NCBI GenBank assembly: GCA_950097015.1
Contig: CATNEN010000039.1
Span: forward strand, 10,726,001-10,790,000
Reading direction: 5' to 3'
Source of the DNA: Macrostomum hystrix
Lineage: Eukaryota; Animalia; Platyhelminthes
DNA: 64,000 bases
The translations under genes and the position numbers were made by a program. The notes under the pieces were generated by a model. The model saw only the letters and a list, made by a program, of their open reading frames with translations, had not been told where the DNA came from and did no database searches. Below, in pieces: positions 1-13,207 of the stretch (its first letter is position 1; every line of letters starts with the position of its first letter).

Positions 1-1274
1 TGACAGGTCAGTTTAATGACTAAATGTTCCCATCGGAAAAGCACGTTACAAAATTCTCAATGTTTATTTGAGAGTGAGTGCAAATGCATCAGCTCAGATT
101 CAAGGTCATGCAGTCCCCCGCAGAGCAGAGAGCATTAAAAAGAAGCATATTTTAAAACCCATGTTACTGGGAAAATGCGTGTCACTTTGGGATCTGTCAA
201 TCTTACTCACTAGCTCACAAGCAAGCGAGCTGATGGAGTCAGATTACCTTGACCTGGCTTTGGTCTTCATCAGCCAGCATCAGCATAAGCATCAATCTTC
301 CCCGAGTGTTTCTATTTGTTATTATTTCATTTGATAAAATCACAGCAATTTGCCTGCGAATGCTCTGCTAACTACACTCATATACAAAAGTAAAAAAACT
401 TATTTTTGTTAAGAGACGTTGATCAAATTAAATTGCCTTTACAGAGTTTGGAGTAGCTGTGGGCACAAACTTCAGGGAGTGGGGTTGGCGGTGAGATAAG
501 ATAGGAGGGGTGGGTTGCACAAACGACATTGAAGGACGCACCAATAAAAAAGCGATGAGAGGATAGAAATTCCAGACTGAGTGAGATAAGGGCCAATCAG
601 AGCTAGATAATGAGGTAATGAGCTACTTGTATTTAGTTTTCGAATACATTTTTCGTGTATAATTCGAATACAAATTATAACTAAGATACTTTCTATGTAT
701 ATTTAAAATTCTATGCCACATAGGTGTCTTAAAATTTCAGTGGAATCGACTAGATATATTTAAATAAAGCGAAAATGTTCCGATCCAAATTGAATATACG
801 GCAAAAATTTCTGCTAACATTGCATATTTAAATAAGGCAAACCTATTTTGTCAGCGGGAATTTACGCGTTGACAATGAATTTCACTTCCGTTACAAACCT
901 TCCTGGGTCTAGTTCCGTTGAATATTTATTCAAGGATGTACGAGATATTGCTGATAACTTTCATTGTTAAATTGTGCTTGTAAGGCACAAATACGCTGGT
1001 AGTTAGCTAAGACCCATGTTATGTTTTGTCAAATTAGGCCAAAGAATAATAAAAAGCATTTTAGGTATGAAAAACGACAAATTTTACCGAAATCAATATT
1101 CCGAATTCTGATTGGTTTAGAGCTTTGGTCACGTGCTTTGAATAGCTGCAGTCGTAGAAAGAGCTTGGGATTCCCAAGTTTCTAAAAATAGCAACTCTTA
1201 TTAGCAGCTTGCGATCCTGCGCCCAGTAAGCCAATAGTATTTTCAACGGCAGAATGAAATAAAAAAAACCACAG

Positions 1275-1411
1275 GAGGGCCGGCGCTTCAAGCTGTTATA
1301 CCCCCGCTTCCGGGCGGCTCAGGGCACCAGCCAACTGGCCAGCAGGTTCCGTGGCGGCCAGCACAGCTCGCCGCTGTTTCAGACACGAATCCGGCATCAG
1401 AATGAGCAGCC

Positions 1412-1442
<31 letters not shown>

Positions 1443-4400
1443 CAGGGGGCAAACAATAATGTCAGCAGTGATAATTCATTCGTGTCGAATTAGTTTTTTT
1501 ATTTTTTAACAATGTGCCATTGTCGTGAATCATTTCCTCGCTTCTGTGTTATATTCGGCAGCCAAAAGGATATAATTTTTACCTATGTAATCGCAAGCAT
1601 AAAAATATCACAGTCACCAATCCTCAGGTTAAATGCACTCAGGCAGGATAATTCTAGTAGAAAAACCCGGAAAAGAAAAGTTAAGAGTCCTCAGGTTTCA
1701 AACTTTCGTGTCGAATATATTCAGGTTAGAAAATCAATTCGAAATCCCAAAGGCTGGAGTAGTCTCCCTGAGGCTGGAGTAGTCTCCCTGAGGCTGGAGT
1801 AGTCTCCCTGAAGCTGGAGTAGTCTCCCTGAGGCTGGAGTAGTCTCCCTGAGGCTGGAGTAGTCTCCCTGAGGCTGGAGTAGTCTCCCTGAGGCTGGAGT
1901 AGTCTCCCTGAGGCTGGAGTAGTCTCCCTGAGGCTGGAGTAGTCTCCCTGAGGCTGGAGTAGTCTCCCTGAGGCTGGAGTAGTCTCCCTGAGGCTGGAGT
2001 AGTCTCCCTGAGGCTGGAGTAGTCTCCCTGAGGCTGGAGTCTCCCTGAGGTTGGAGTAGTCTCCCTGAGGCTGGAGTAGTCTCCCTGAGGCTGGAGTCTC
2101 CCTGAGGTTGGAGTAGTCTCCCTGAGGCTGGAGTAGTCTCCCTGAGGCTGGAGTAGTCTCCCTGAGGCTGGAGTAGTCTCCCTGAGGCTGGAGTAGTCTC
2201 CCTGAGGCTGGAGTAGTCTCCCTGAGGCTGGAGTAGTCTCCCTGAGGCTGGAGTAGTCTCCCTGAGGTTGGAGTAGTCTCCCTGAGGCTGGAGTAGTCTC
2301 CCTGAGGCTGGAGTAGTCTCCCTGAGGCTGGAGTCTCCCTGAGGTTGGAGTAGTCTCCCTGAGGCTGGAGTAGTCTCCCTGAGGCTGGAGTAGTCTCCCT
2401 GAGGCTGGAGTAGTCTCCCTGAAGCTGGAGTAGTCTCCCTGAGGCTGGAGTCTCCCTGAGGCAGGGGTCCCTGAGGCTGGAGTCTCCCTGAGGCAGGGGT
2501 CCCTGAGGCTGGAGTCTCCCTGAGGCTGGAGTCTCCCCTGAGGCTGGAGTCTCCGTGAGGCTGGAGTCTCCCTGAGGTTGGAGTAGTCTCCCTGAGGCTG
2601 GAGTAGTCTCCCTGAAGCTGGAGTAGTCTCCCTGAGGCTGGAGTAGTCTCCCCGAGGCTGGAGTCTCCCTGAGGTTGGAGTAGTCTCCCTGAGGCTGGAG
2701 TAGTCTCCCTGAGGCTGGAGTAGTCTCCCTGAAGCTGGAGTAGTCTCCCTGAGGCTGGAGTCTCCCTGAGGCAGGGGTCCCTGAGGCTGGAGTCTCCCTG
2801 AGGCTGGAGTCTCCCCTGAGGCTGGAGTAGTCTCCCTGAGGCTGGAGTAGTCTCCCTGAAGCTGGAGTAGTCTCCCTGAGGCTGGAGTCTCCCTGAGGCA
2901 GGGGTCCCTGAGGCTGGAGTCTCCCTGAGGTTGGAGTAGTCTCCCTGAGGCTGGAGTAGTCTCCCTGAGGCTGGAGTAGTCTCCCTGAAGCTGGAGTAGT
3001 CTCCCTGAGGCTGGAGTAGTCTCCCTGAGGCTGGAGTCTCCCTGAGGTTGGAGTAGTCTCCCTGAGGCTGGAGTAGTCTCCCTGAGGCTGGAGTAGTCTC
3101 CCTGAAGCTGGAGTAGTCTCCCTGAGGCTGGAGTCTCCCTGAGGCAGGGGTCCCTGAGGCTGGAGTCTCCCTGAGGCAGGGGTCCCTGAGGCTGGAGTCT
3201 CCCTGAGGCTGGAGTCTCCCCTGAGGCTGGAGTCTCCGTGAGGCTGGAGTCTCCCTGAGGTTGGAGTAGTCTCCCTGAGGCTGGAGTAGTCTCCCTGAAG
3301 CTGGAGTAGTCTCCCTGAGGCTGGAGTAGTCTCCCCGAGGCTGGAGTCTCCCTGAGGTTGGAGTAGTCTCCCTGAGGCTGGAGTAGTCTCCCTGAGGCTG
3401 GAGTAGTCTCCCTGAAGCTGGAGTAGTCTCCCTGAGGCTGGAGTCTCCCTGAGGCAGGGGTCCCTGAGGCTGGAGTCTCCCTGAGGCTGGAGTCTCCCCT
3501 GAGGCTGGAGTCTCCGTGAGGCTGGAGTCTCCCTGAGGTTGGAGTAGTCTCCCTGAGGCTGGAGTAGTCTCCCTGAAGCTGGAGTAGTCTCCCCGAGGCT
3601 GGAGTAGTCTCCCCGAGGCTGGAGTCTCCCTGAGGCAGGGGTCCCTGAGGCTGGAGTCTCCCTGAGGCAGGGGTCCCTGAGGCTGGAGTCTCCCTGAGGC
3701 AGGGGTCCCTGAGGCTGGAGTCTCCCTGAGGCTGGAGTCCCCCCTGAGGCTGGAGTCTCCCTGAGGCTGGAGTCTCCCTGAGGCTGGAGTCCCCCCTGAC
3801 ACTGGAGGAAACAACAAATCACGGTGGCCAACGCATTGTCGCCATTCAATTGGACTGTGTAATTTATTATTAAATTTTCAGTTTCCTATTGTAGAAGTGC
3901 TCCTACAATCATTTGCATCGCGTCAATGTTGCTTTATTTATTTAAATTTTCTTTATTTTTTATCGCATGAATCTCGCATGAAGCAAATTGGATTTTAGCT
4001 GAGAAATCGATTTAGATTTTACAATCCATCAGCTGATTTCGCACATTCTGATAGCAGCGTCAGCAGTGACAACCTCAGACTACAACGGGAAAGGGTGTCT
4101 CAGGGACGCGCATAATGAACAGTAGAACAGTCCCACATGGCTATTTCAAATACACGCATTTGTCTTTCTTTCTGTATCTCCTAAAATATTCAACCAATCG
4201 GAATGAAAATGCAGAACACGGGCGAGAATTGTCAGCTCGATCCGATGAAACAACTTCCAGAATCACAAAACATCGGCATCGTCGAGATAGTCAACGATTC
4301 TCGTCGGGGGTGTCTTGGGGTGGGCATAAACCACAAATATATTTTTTCTGCTCACAAATGCAATCATTATTGTTGATTGTATTTTTGATTTTTTTATTAT

Positions 4401-5045
4401 TGAACCAATATCGATTCACAATAGAGGTTTACACAGAGAAATTGATTTGCCCTCGTCACCGGCGTCTTCGACTAGAATGGCTGAATATCTCGACGACTCT
4501 GACTCGGACGGCTTTGAAAGTTGGATATTTAAAATAGCCCGTGGTCCTTCTATTTTTAATAAGAATTTTCCGTTTGCTGCCTTTTGGAAATCAAATCTGA
4601 AATATTTGTCCCGGCGCAGGAGCTGCAGCATCTCGCGCACAGTCGAGTTGTGTACAACCCAGCCGTCAGCGCTGGTGACCAGCAAGACCCGACCAGTGTG
4701 GACCTGACTGCGGCCCTACCAACGGCAGCCGATCCGAACCCAGATCCTGACGAGCAGAACGCGGAGGCGTCACTGGTGGCTAATCTGCTTGGCAACGCCG
4801 AGGAGCCGGTCAGGAATCGAAGCCACCTAAAGCAGCCGCAGCATCAGCCGCAGCAGCAGCGGCCGTCTGGAACTTGTCGATGCCGCGTTGCTAAATCAGC
4901 TCCGTCAAGGGTGGACATGAACTCTAGGCTAGTGTTTCCCCTAGCTTTCACTTGCTTCAACATCATCTACTGGCTAGTCTACCTGAAGCTGTCGGACGAC
5001 ACCGAGATGCTATTCAACGAGTTTGACATCATTGGCGGCAGTTGA
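1275..5045 (+). CDS. 3' part of a Cys-loop ligand-gated (probably anion) channel subunit: intracellular loop and TM4; 5' exons lie outside the window
   Basis: Terminal exon 4620-5045 follows the acceptor ccggcgcag and encodes SRVDMNSRLVFPLAFTCFNIIYWLVYL, matching the D-x2-SR-x2-FP-x2-F-x2-FN-x2-YW TM4 signature of GlyR/GABA-A/GluCl subunits. A phase-compatible upstream exon at 1275-1460 (EGRRFKLLYPRF...QQQQHQGANNN) is a less certain candidate. Confidence 0.8.
1752..3798. repeat. Intronic minisatellite, 20-bp unit GGCTGGAGTAGTCTCCCTGA with 17-bp and 15-bp variants
   Basis: About 2 kb of directly visible tandem array. It explains ORFs 1721..3817 and 1726..3849. Confidence 0.97.
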
Positions 5046-5489
5046 TGGCATCTACAGAGGCCTACTGAACTTTTCGAGGTTGCTTGATTAATGGTTTCCA
5101 ATCTGACGGTTTCCAATTCGCCGGTTTCCATTGTGACGATGGCTGATTCCATTGTGATGATGGTTTCGATTGTGAGATAATACTCGTACATTGTATAAGT
5201 GCTAGTGAATTATATCCTAAATCTACTCATTATTAAGTAATTTTAGCTACCTTTTAGTGAAACAATGTTTTTTATTTGCGTAAAAAATATGTTTTACTGT
5301 TTATTAGTGGCATTCTTTGCAAATGTTGTTTGTGGTCGATGAGAAAAATTCAAGTACCTAACTTCAAATGCATCATAAATCATTGCTGTTGTGATTTTAT
5401 CGAAGGTAAAAAACTAAAAAGACACGGGAGAGAGACAGCTAAAACTATTGAACGCTAAATTTGATTTTCTTTAATCATTTACATTGTTA

Positions 5490-5690
5490 CTCTTATCATT
5501 AAGCACTAATCACTTTACTTAAATGGTGCCTCTGTTACCTTCAGCTATAAGAATGGTAACTATATCAGCTGGCATTGAAATTTAGGTGGTTAGTGGCGCC
5601 TTCCTGAGTCCACGGACTGTGCACAGCCTTTAAGCACTTTGAGCACAGTACATATAAGGTCCTAACTGGGCTCAGTGCAGTTTATATCTT
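5490..5690 (+). mobile_element. Degenerate 5'-truncated CORE-like SINE fragment (family B)
   Basis: cagctataagaatggtaac...cagctgg...gtggcgccttcctgagtccacggactg aligns by eye with the family B body at 61070-61150. Confidence 0.5.
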
Positions 5691-5699
5691 CTCTACTTT

Positions 5700-6062
5700 A
5701 GGGGGTCGGTGGCAGAGCGGTCGCGCTCGCCTCTTGTGCCAAAGTCCCTAAGTTCGATTCCGCGGCGAGGCGCGGATCTGGGGCACAGGCGCGGAGAGAA
5801 GGCTTGGGGACTTGTCGTGCAATTGACGCCCTTGAGGGCCAATCTCCAGGCACAGGAAAGTGTACACTGCCTGACGATGAGCAAGCCAGGGCAGATGTAC
5901 ACACCTGTGTGAGCGTGTACCTGCGTACAGTATCTGTGTGCGTGTGTGCTCAGGAGTCAGCGAAATGGGCAGAATTGCCTCCTAGCTGGCTGCGGGTCTA
6001 GTGTCACCAAATGAGGTGCTACCGAATGATTGCCCGCAGCCCTCCTGCAATTATTATTCTTA
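5700..6062 (+). mobile_element. tRNA-derived SINE, family A, full-length copy
   Basis: Pol III A box (tggcagagcgg) and B box (gttcgattcc), a body shared with 46595-46910, a 3' stem ggctgcggg/cccgcagcc and an (att)n tail. Degenerate TSD ttctctacttta / ttctccactcta. Confidence 0.8.
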
Positions 6063-7098
6063 TTTCTCCACTCTATAGGTAAGCTAAACTAATAATTCTG
6101 CCACGTCACTGCTGACTTTTGAATAAACCAAGCTTTGAAATTAGTGCAATAAAATATGTGCAGTTCATCAACAATACTCCAATGTAATGAATAATTAATT
6201 ACAATCTATGTATATATATATATAAGCCAAGCTAACAGGACATTGCGGCTGGACTATGCCGGACACTAGTACACACACTGAAGACAGGCGAATGGAACAA
6301 GGCTTCACTGCCTCCTCATCTTGGGAGCAATCTGAGTACACACAGGCTTGAAGCAGCCAACCAGCCCTTGAGTCCGTTTTCACCAGTCCATTCACGCCAA
6401 TCAGTTGCCATCTCATTTTCCCCCTGAAAATGAAATAGTTTAACAGTCAGCGCGCTTGTTTTGCCTCCGCTTACCAAGCCTCTCGTGAGGCCTTCACAAC
6501 CCTGCCTTCTCGGCTGAACTATAGAAGTGCTCACCTCCGTCTCCCTTGGTTACGGAACGGATTGATGCGTAAGAAGCCACGGGCGGAGGATGAGAACAGC
6601 TGGGAAACTTGGGTTGGCTGGCCAGAGAAGAGAAAATAGACAGGTGAAATAGAAAGGACAGAGCGGAGCTGAGGCATCGCCCAAACTCTGCCGCGCTGTA
6701 CATGTGGTGAGCCGCTCCGACCTAAGCTTTTCTCTTCTCTATTCTACGGGACAGAACTGTGCTCAGGCAGCACTGAAGCCTCTCTCCTCATCCCCCGTCG
6801 TCACCAGGCCCAAGAGGAGATAGCTCAGCGCACTCTTCCCTCATAGCCTCTGCTCCCTCATTTCGCTCTCTCTCTTCCCCTCTATTTTGGCCGCATTGTG
6901 CTGACGCGTACTTCAGCTGCTGCTTCCGTGTTTTTTTAATTAAGAGCAAACCCCACCCAAAAATTTGCCTATTTCACTTTAGCACCCCGCTAAGACGCTC
7001 CAACCCCGTCCGATCTTCGCTGCATAATTTACTTGACCCACTACACAGTTTTGGGGGTTTTATTGCTAGTCCCTATATACTAAATCTCGGCTCTCAAA

Positions 7099-10000
7099 AT
7101 GCAAAAGTCTATGGACGAGGATGACAGTGAATATCAAAGCCGGCAGGGCTACACCAAGAGCCGAGTGATTGAACACTCAGGTATGCAGCAGGTGGCCTCA
7201 AACTACTCAGCCATCGCTGAGCCGAGAAATCCCAGTCTAAGCCGCAGCCAGCCCAGCCTGCACGTCGCCGGCCGCTCCTCAACCGCCACAATGTCCGTGT
7301 CGCGCAGCAGTCACCAGCGCAGCCGGCGTGGCTCCCTGGAAGCCGATATTCCCGACATTCGCCAGGTGGTTGAGACCCGCAGTCGCAGCAAGAAGGAGAT
7401 GCAGGGTCTCAACGAGCGCCTGGCCGGATTCATTGAGAAGGTTTTTGTTAAAAAAAATTGAATTCATTGAAGGTACAAATTTAGAATTTGATCGTGAGTC
7501 CGAATTTAAGAGAAGGGGAAGTTCCGTGCCTTTAAACTTGAATTCAACCAGCTGCAAAATTTTTTTCAGTTCTTGTAATCCTGTTGATTTGATTTTAGAC
7601 AGGAAAGCAGATATTTAACTAGATAAAAAAAATCAAAAGTGAATATGCAATTACAAAGTATTTTTTCTCTGGTATTTTTAGTAATTGCATAGCTTTATAT
7701 TATATTATATTATATTATATTGCATATCTGCATAGCTTACATTAGTCTGATCTTAAAATGTTCGAAAATTGCAAAAAAATCTACAGAGAAAACTGAACCT
7801 TTAAATGACGTCACGCACAGACTCGCTACCTGCAAGCGCAGAACAAAAAACTGCGCGATGAACTGGACTATCTGAAGGCTCGCTGGGGCAAAGAGACCGA
7901 GAAGATTCGACAGGCCTACGAGACCGAGCTGGCCCAGATGCGTCGCTTACTGGACGGCGCCGAGAGGCTGAAGGGAGACAAAGAGGCCAAGCTGGTCTCG
8001 GTGGATGCGCAGCTGCGAGATTTGCGAGATCTGTGAGCTCACTTTGTTTGAGATTAAGACGAGATTTTATAATTTCTAAAAATAGATCATGACGTCACTG
8101 GGCGGTGTTCCAAAAATAGATCATGACGTCACTGGGCAGCGTTCCAAAAATAGATCATGATATCACCAGGCAGCGTTCAAAATAGATCATGAAACCACTG
8201 AAGAGCGTTGAAAAATTAATTGCAGTTCCATTTAAGCCATGACAGTTTTTTCACACAGAAGTCTTAAAATTCCACCCGCACTATTACAGCTACAACAACC
8301 TGAACAGCCAGTTCGAGCAATGCGGCGAGAAGATGGACCGCATGCAGCACGAGCTGGCCGATCGGGACGGCGAAATTTCGCTGCTCCGTCGGCGTCAGGG
8401 ACAGCTGGAGGACGAGAAGGTGCGCGTCAAGCAGGTGATGCTGAAGATGAAGGACGACCTTGCCAGGATGCACACCGACTTGGAGTCGGAGACGGCCGGC
8501 CGGATTGGGGCCCAAACTGAAAACCAGACGCTGCGAGAGGAGCTGCTGTTCCTGAAGCAGATTCACGAGCAGGTGCGAGACTTTTCTCTTGCTTAAACTC
8601 CAACACGAAATAACTGAACTAGATTTAAGACTCGATGACTCCAGATCCTCCTTAGACTGATGTTTTCGAGAAGATGCAGTAAATCAGAAGAGCTTTAAGG
8701 AGACTTGTAGCCCAATGGTAATAGCTTCGGTCAGAGTTTAGGGCTTCCGATCGAAAGGTCAGGACCAAATGGAAGCACTGCGTGTTATTCAGCAAGACAC
8801 TGAAGACCCTTGCGCTGCAGTTCTCCCAGCTGTAAAATCTATCCATATTAGCGGTTAAAAACACTAAAATTATCTTAGGAAATCAACGAGCTGAAGGCGC
8901 TGATCAAGGTCAACGGCGATGACAGTCGAGAATACTGGAAATCCGAGCTTAGCCAGGCGATACACGAGATTCAGAAAGAGTACGACGACAAGATTGACGG
9001 AGTGCGAATCGAGCTCGAGGCCATCTATATGACCAAGGTTTGGCCAGTTGATTATCTCCTCCGTGTTTAACAAATATTAACCGCTCACCGTACAATGGTA
9101 GATGGCTCGTTAAGCTGACCCTAGCCAAGGACTCCACACCAACAAGCATCATTCATCCGATTTTCCATTGAAACAGTTGCGCGAGATGGCCAAGAACCAG
9201 GCTCACGGCTCTAGCGAGACAACCTACCTCAAGGAGGAGAACAAGAAGCTGAAGGACAGCATCGCCGATCTAAGGAATCGGATTGCCGAACTGCAAGCCA
9301 GGGTAAAGTGAACATTTAATCATCTCAACTGACTTAGCTGACTCAGCTGATATATCTCTCCGGCTAAATTGTAAACTGAAAGACGATTGCAACTGTGGAG
9401 AGATGAGACACGGGAGAGATGAGACACGGGAGAGATGAGACACGGGAGAGATGAGACACGGGAGAGATGAGACACGGGAGAGATGAGACACGGGAGAGAT
9501 GAGACACGGGAGAGATGAGACACGGGAGAGATGAGACACGGGAGAGATGAGACACGGGAGAGATGAGACACGGGAGAGATGAGACACGGGAGAGATGAGA
9601 CACGGGAGAGATGAGACACGGGAGAGATGAGACACGGGAGAGATGAGACACGGGAGAGATGAGACACGGGAGAGATGAGACACGGGAGAGATGAGACACG
9701 GGAGAGATGAGACACGGGAGAGATGAGACACGGGAGAGATGAGACACGGGAGAGATGAGACACGGGAGAGATGAGACACGGGAGAGATGAGACACGGGAG
9801 AGATGAGACACGGGAGAGATGAGACACGGGAGAGATGAGACACGGGAGAGATGAGACACGGGAGAGATGAGACACGGGAGAGATGAGACACGGGAGAGAT
9901 GAGAAATGTGAGGCGACTGTCACAAAATAATACGTCAGTGCTTACAGACTCATAGCAAATATAATTCGTTGTAAGTGAATTTTTATTTAATAGCTCGTAC

Positions 10001-13000
10001 GTAATTTTTTTCTTCATTCGTATAGACCGTCTAACCAAGACTAGATCCAAGTAACATTTCGTAGTTTAATTGGACAACAAAGAAAACGACCCAGACTGAA
10101 ATTCAGAAAATCGAATTCCTCAGGCTTCAAAAGAACTCAAGGAAATAAGAAATCCGTCTGTTGTTTATGATTTAGGGAAATAAAAAGGGCTACACAAAAT
10201 CGAAGGAGCTTAAAAAATAAAATCCTTCCAGACATCCTCAGATCAGTCTTAGAGCATTCACAACGCTCTTGAATCTCATTGTTATAGCTAAAGTCGTTTC
10301 AATCGTTACCTACACACAGAATGACCAACTGGAGCGACAAATCGAGGACGTCCGCCGAGACGCGGAATCGGAGCGACGACGCTACGAGGAGGAGCTGGAC
10401 CAGATGGACGCGCAGCGGCGCGCAGTCGAGGAAGACTTGCGTCGCGTGCTTCAGGAGCTGCAGGGCCTACTAGACGCCAAGATGAGCCTGGAGCTGGAGA
10501 TCGCCGCCTACAGGAAGCTGCTGGACGCTGAGGGCACCAGCCACGATATCAGTCGGGAGGGCAGCTACCGCAGTCAGGAGAAGCCCACAGTGGTGATGGA
10601 GCAGCGGGTGGAGCGTCGGACCGAAGTTCACAGCAGTGAGTTTTTCATTCCGACCAATGAAGGAGTAGCTAGTCATCTAGGCCCTCAGTCAATTTTTCTC
10701 ATCGCTGCATCACACACCTTCTCATCGCTGCATCACACTCCTTCTCAACGCTGCATCACACACCTTCTCACCGCTGCATCACACTCCTTCTCACTGCTGC
10801 ATCACACTCCTTCTCACCGCTGCATCACACTCCTTCTCACTGCTGCATCACGCTCTTTCTCAACGCTGCATCACACTCCTTCTCACCGCTGCATCACACT
10901 CCTTCTCACCGCTGCATCACACTCCTTCTCACAACTGCATCACACTCCTTCTCACCGCTGCATCACACTCCTTCTCACCGCTGCATCACACTCCTTCTCA
11001 CCGCTGCATCACACACCTTCTCACCGCTGCATCACACTCCTTCTCACCGCTGCATCACACTCCTTCTCACTGCTGCATCACACTCCTTCTCACTGCTGCA
11101 TCACGCTCTTTCTCAACGCTGCATCACACTCCTTCTCACCGCTGCATCACACACCTTCTCACCGCTGCATCACACACCTTCTCACCGCTGCATCACACAC
11201 CTTCTCACCGCTGCATTACACTCCTTCTCATCGCTGCATCACACTCCTTCTCACTGCTGCATCACACTCCTTCTCACTGCTGCATCACACTCCTTCTCAC
11301 TGCTGCATCACGCTCTTTCTCAACGCTGCATCACACTCCTTCTCACCGCTGCATCACACACCTCACCGCTGCATCACACACCTTCTCACCGCTGCATCAC
11401 ACTCCTTCTCATCGCTGCATCACACTCCTTCTCACTGCTGCATCACACACCTCACCGCTGCATCACACACCTTCTCACCGCTGCATCACACTCCTTCTCA
11501 TCGCTGCATCACACTCCTTCTCACTGCTGCATCACGCTCTTTCTCAACGCTGCATCACACTCCTTCTCACCGCTGCATCACACACCTTCTCACCGCTGCA
11601 TCACACACCTTCTCACCGCTGCATCACACTCCTTCTCATCGCTGCATCACACTCCTTCTCACTGCTGCATCACACACCTCACCGCTGCATCACACACCTT
11701 CTCACCGCTGCATCACACTCCTTCTCATCGCTGCATCACACTCCTTCTCACTGCTGCATCACGCTCTTTCTCAACGCTGCATCACACTCCTTCTCACCGC
11801 TGCATCACACACCTTCTCACCGCTGCATCACACACCTTCTCACCGCTGCATCACACTCCCTCTCATCGCTGCATCACACTCCTTCTCACTGCTGCATCAC
11901 GCTCTTTCTCAACGCTGCATCACACTCCTTCTCATCGCTGCATCACACACCTTCTCACCGCTGCATCACACTCCTTCTCACCGCTGCATCACACACCTTC
12001 TCACCACTGCATCACACACCTTCTCACCGCTGCATCACACACCTTCTCACTGCTGCATCACACACCTTCTCACCGCTGCATCACACTCCTTCTCACCGCT
12101 GCATCACACTCCTTCTCACCGCTGCATCACACTCCTTCTCACAACTGCATCACACTCCTTCTCACCGCTGCATCACACTCCTTCTCACCGCTGCATCACA
12201 CTCCTTCTCACCGCTGCATCACACACCTTCTCACCGCTGCATCACACTCCTTCTCACCGCTGCATCACACTCCTTCTCACTGCTGCATCACGCTCTTTCT
12301 CAACGCTGCATCACACTCCTTCTCACCGCTGCATCACACACCTTCTCACCGCTGCATCACACACCTTCTCACCGCTGCATCACACACCTTCTCACCGCTG
12401 CATCACACTCCTTCTCATCGCTGCATCACACTCCTTCTCACTGCTGCATCACACTCCTTCTCACTGCTGCATCACACTCCTTCTCACTGCTGCATCACGC
12501 TCTTTCTCAACGCTGCATCACACTCCTTCTCACCGCTGCATCACACACCTCACCGCTGCATCACACACCTTCTCACCGCTGCATCACACTCCTTCTCATC
12601 GCTGCATCACACTCCTTCTCACTGCTGCATCACACACCTCACCGCTGCATCACACACCTTCTCACCGCTGCATCACACTCCTTCTCATCGCTGCATCACA
12701 CTCCTTCTCACTGCTGCATCACGCTCTTTCTCAACGCTGCATCACACTCCTTCTCACCGCTGCATCACACTCCTTCTCACCGCTGCATCACACACCTTCT
12801 CACCGCTGCATCACACTCCTTCTCATCGCTGCATCACACTCCTTCTCACTGCTGCATCACACTCCTTCTCACTGCTGCATCACACTCCTTCTCAACGCTG
12901 CATCACGCTCTTTCTCACCGCTGCATCACACTCCTTCCCACCGCTGCATCACTCAGGAAGCCATCATCACAGCGGGCACACGGGCCCAGGTGTGCAGTCC

Positions 13001-13207
13001 AGCAGTCGGACCGTCACCTACAGCAGCACCACCGGTGCCGGTGGGAGTTCCGCCACCTACGAGGCGCGGCCAGTGCAAACGGCGGAGCCTGTGCCGCCGC
13101 CGCCGCCTTCGCAGCCAAGGTCGAGGGCTGCACCAGCCGCCGGCTTGTCTGGTAGCGGCGGTGGTGGCAGCGGCGGCATTTTGAGGCAGCACACTGGAAA
13201 CGCTTGA
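7099..13207 (+). CDS. Cytoplasmic intermediate filament protein with a lamin-type long rod, about 562 aa, 7 exons
   Basis: Exons 7099-7440, 7821-8032, 8290-8572, 8879-9037, 9177-9302, 10320-10635, 12957-13207, all GT-AG and in phase (1689 nt). Rod-start motif KKEMQGLNERLAGFIEKTRYLQAQN and rod-end motif KMSLELEIAAYRKLLDAEG. No CaaX at the C-terminus. Confidence 0.92.
8074..8205. repeat. 34-bp tandem repeat (about 4 copies) containing TGACGTCA
   Basis: aaaaatagatcatgacgtcactgggc recurs at a 34-bp period in IF intron 2. Confidence 0.8.
9397..9904. repeat. Perfect 16-bp minisatellite GAGACACGGGAGAGAT (about 31 copies) in IF intron 5
   Basis: Directly visible, essentially invariant units. Confidence 0.98.
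10695..12955. repeat. 23-bp minisatellite CCGCTGCATCACACTCCTTCTCA filling IF intron 6
   Basis: Directly visible. It accounts for the spurious 971-aa ORF. Confidence 0.97.

Noticed and set aside
1721-3849. 698-aa and 707-aa minus-strand ORFs
   Set aside because: They are translations of a stop-free minisatellite, open in several frames, and lie in a probable intron.
10636-12956. His/Thr-rich extension of the 971-aa ORF
   Set aside because: Read-through of intron 6 (GTGAG donor at 10636, acceptor at 12956) across a 23-bp repeat.
7099-13207. Call as nuclear lamin
   Set aside because: No NLS, Ig-fold tail or CaaX box.
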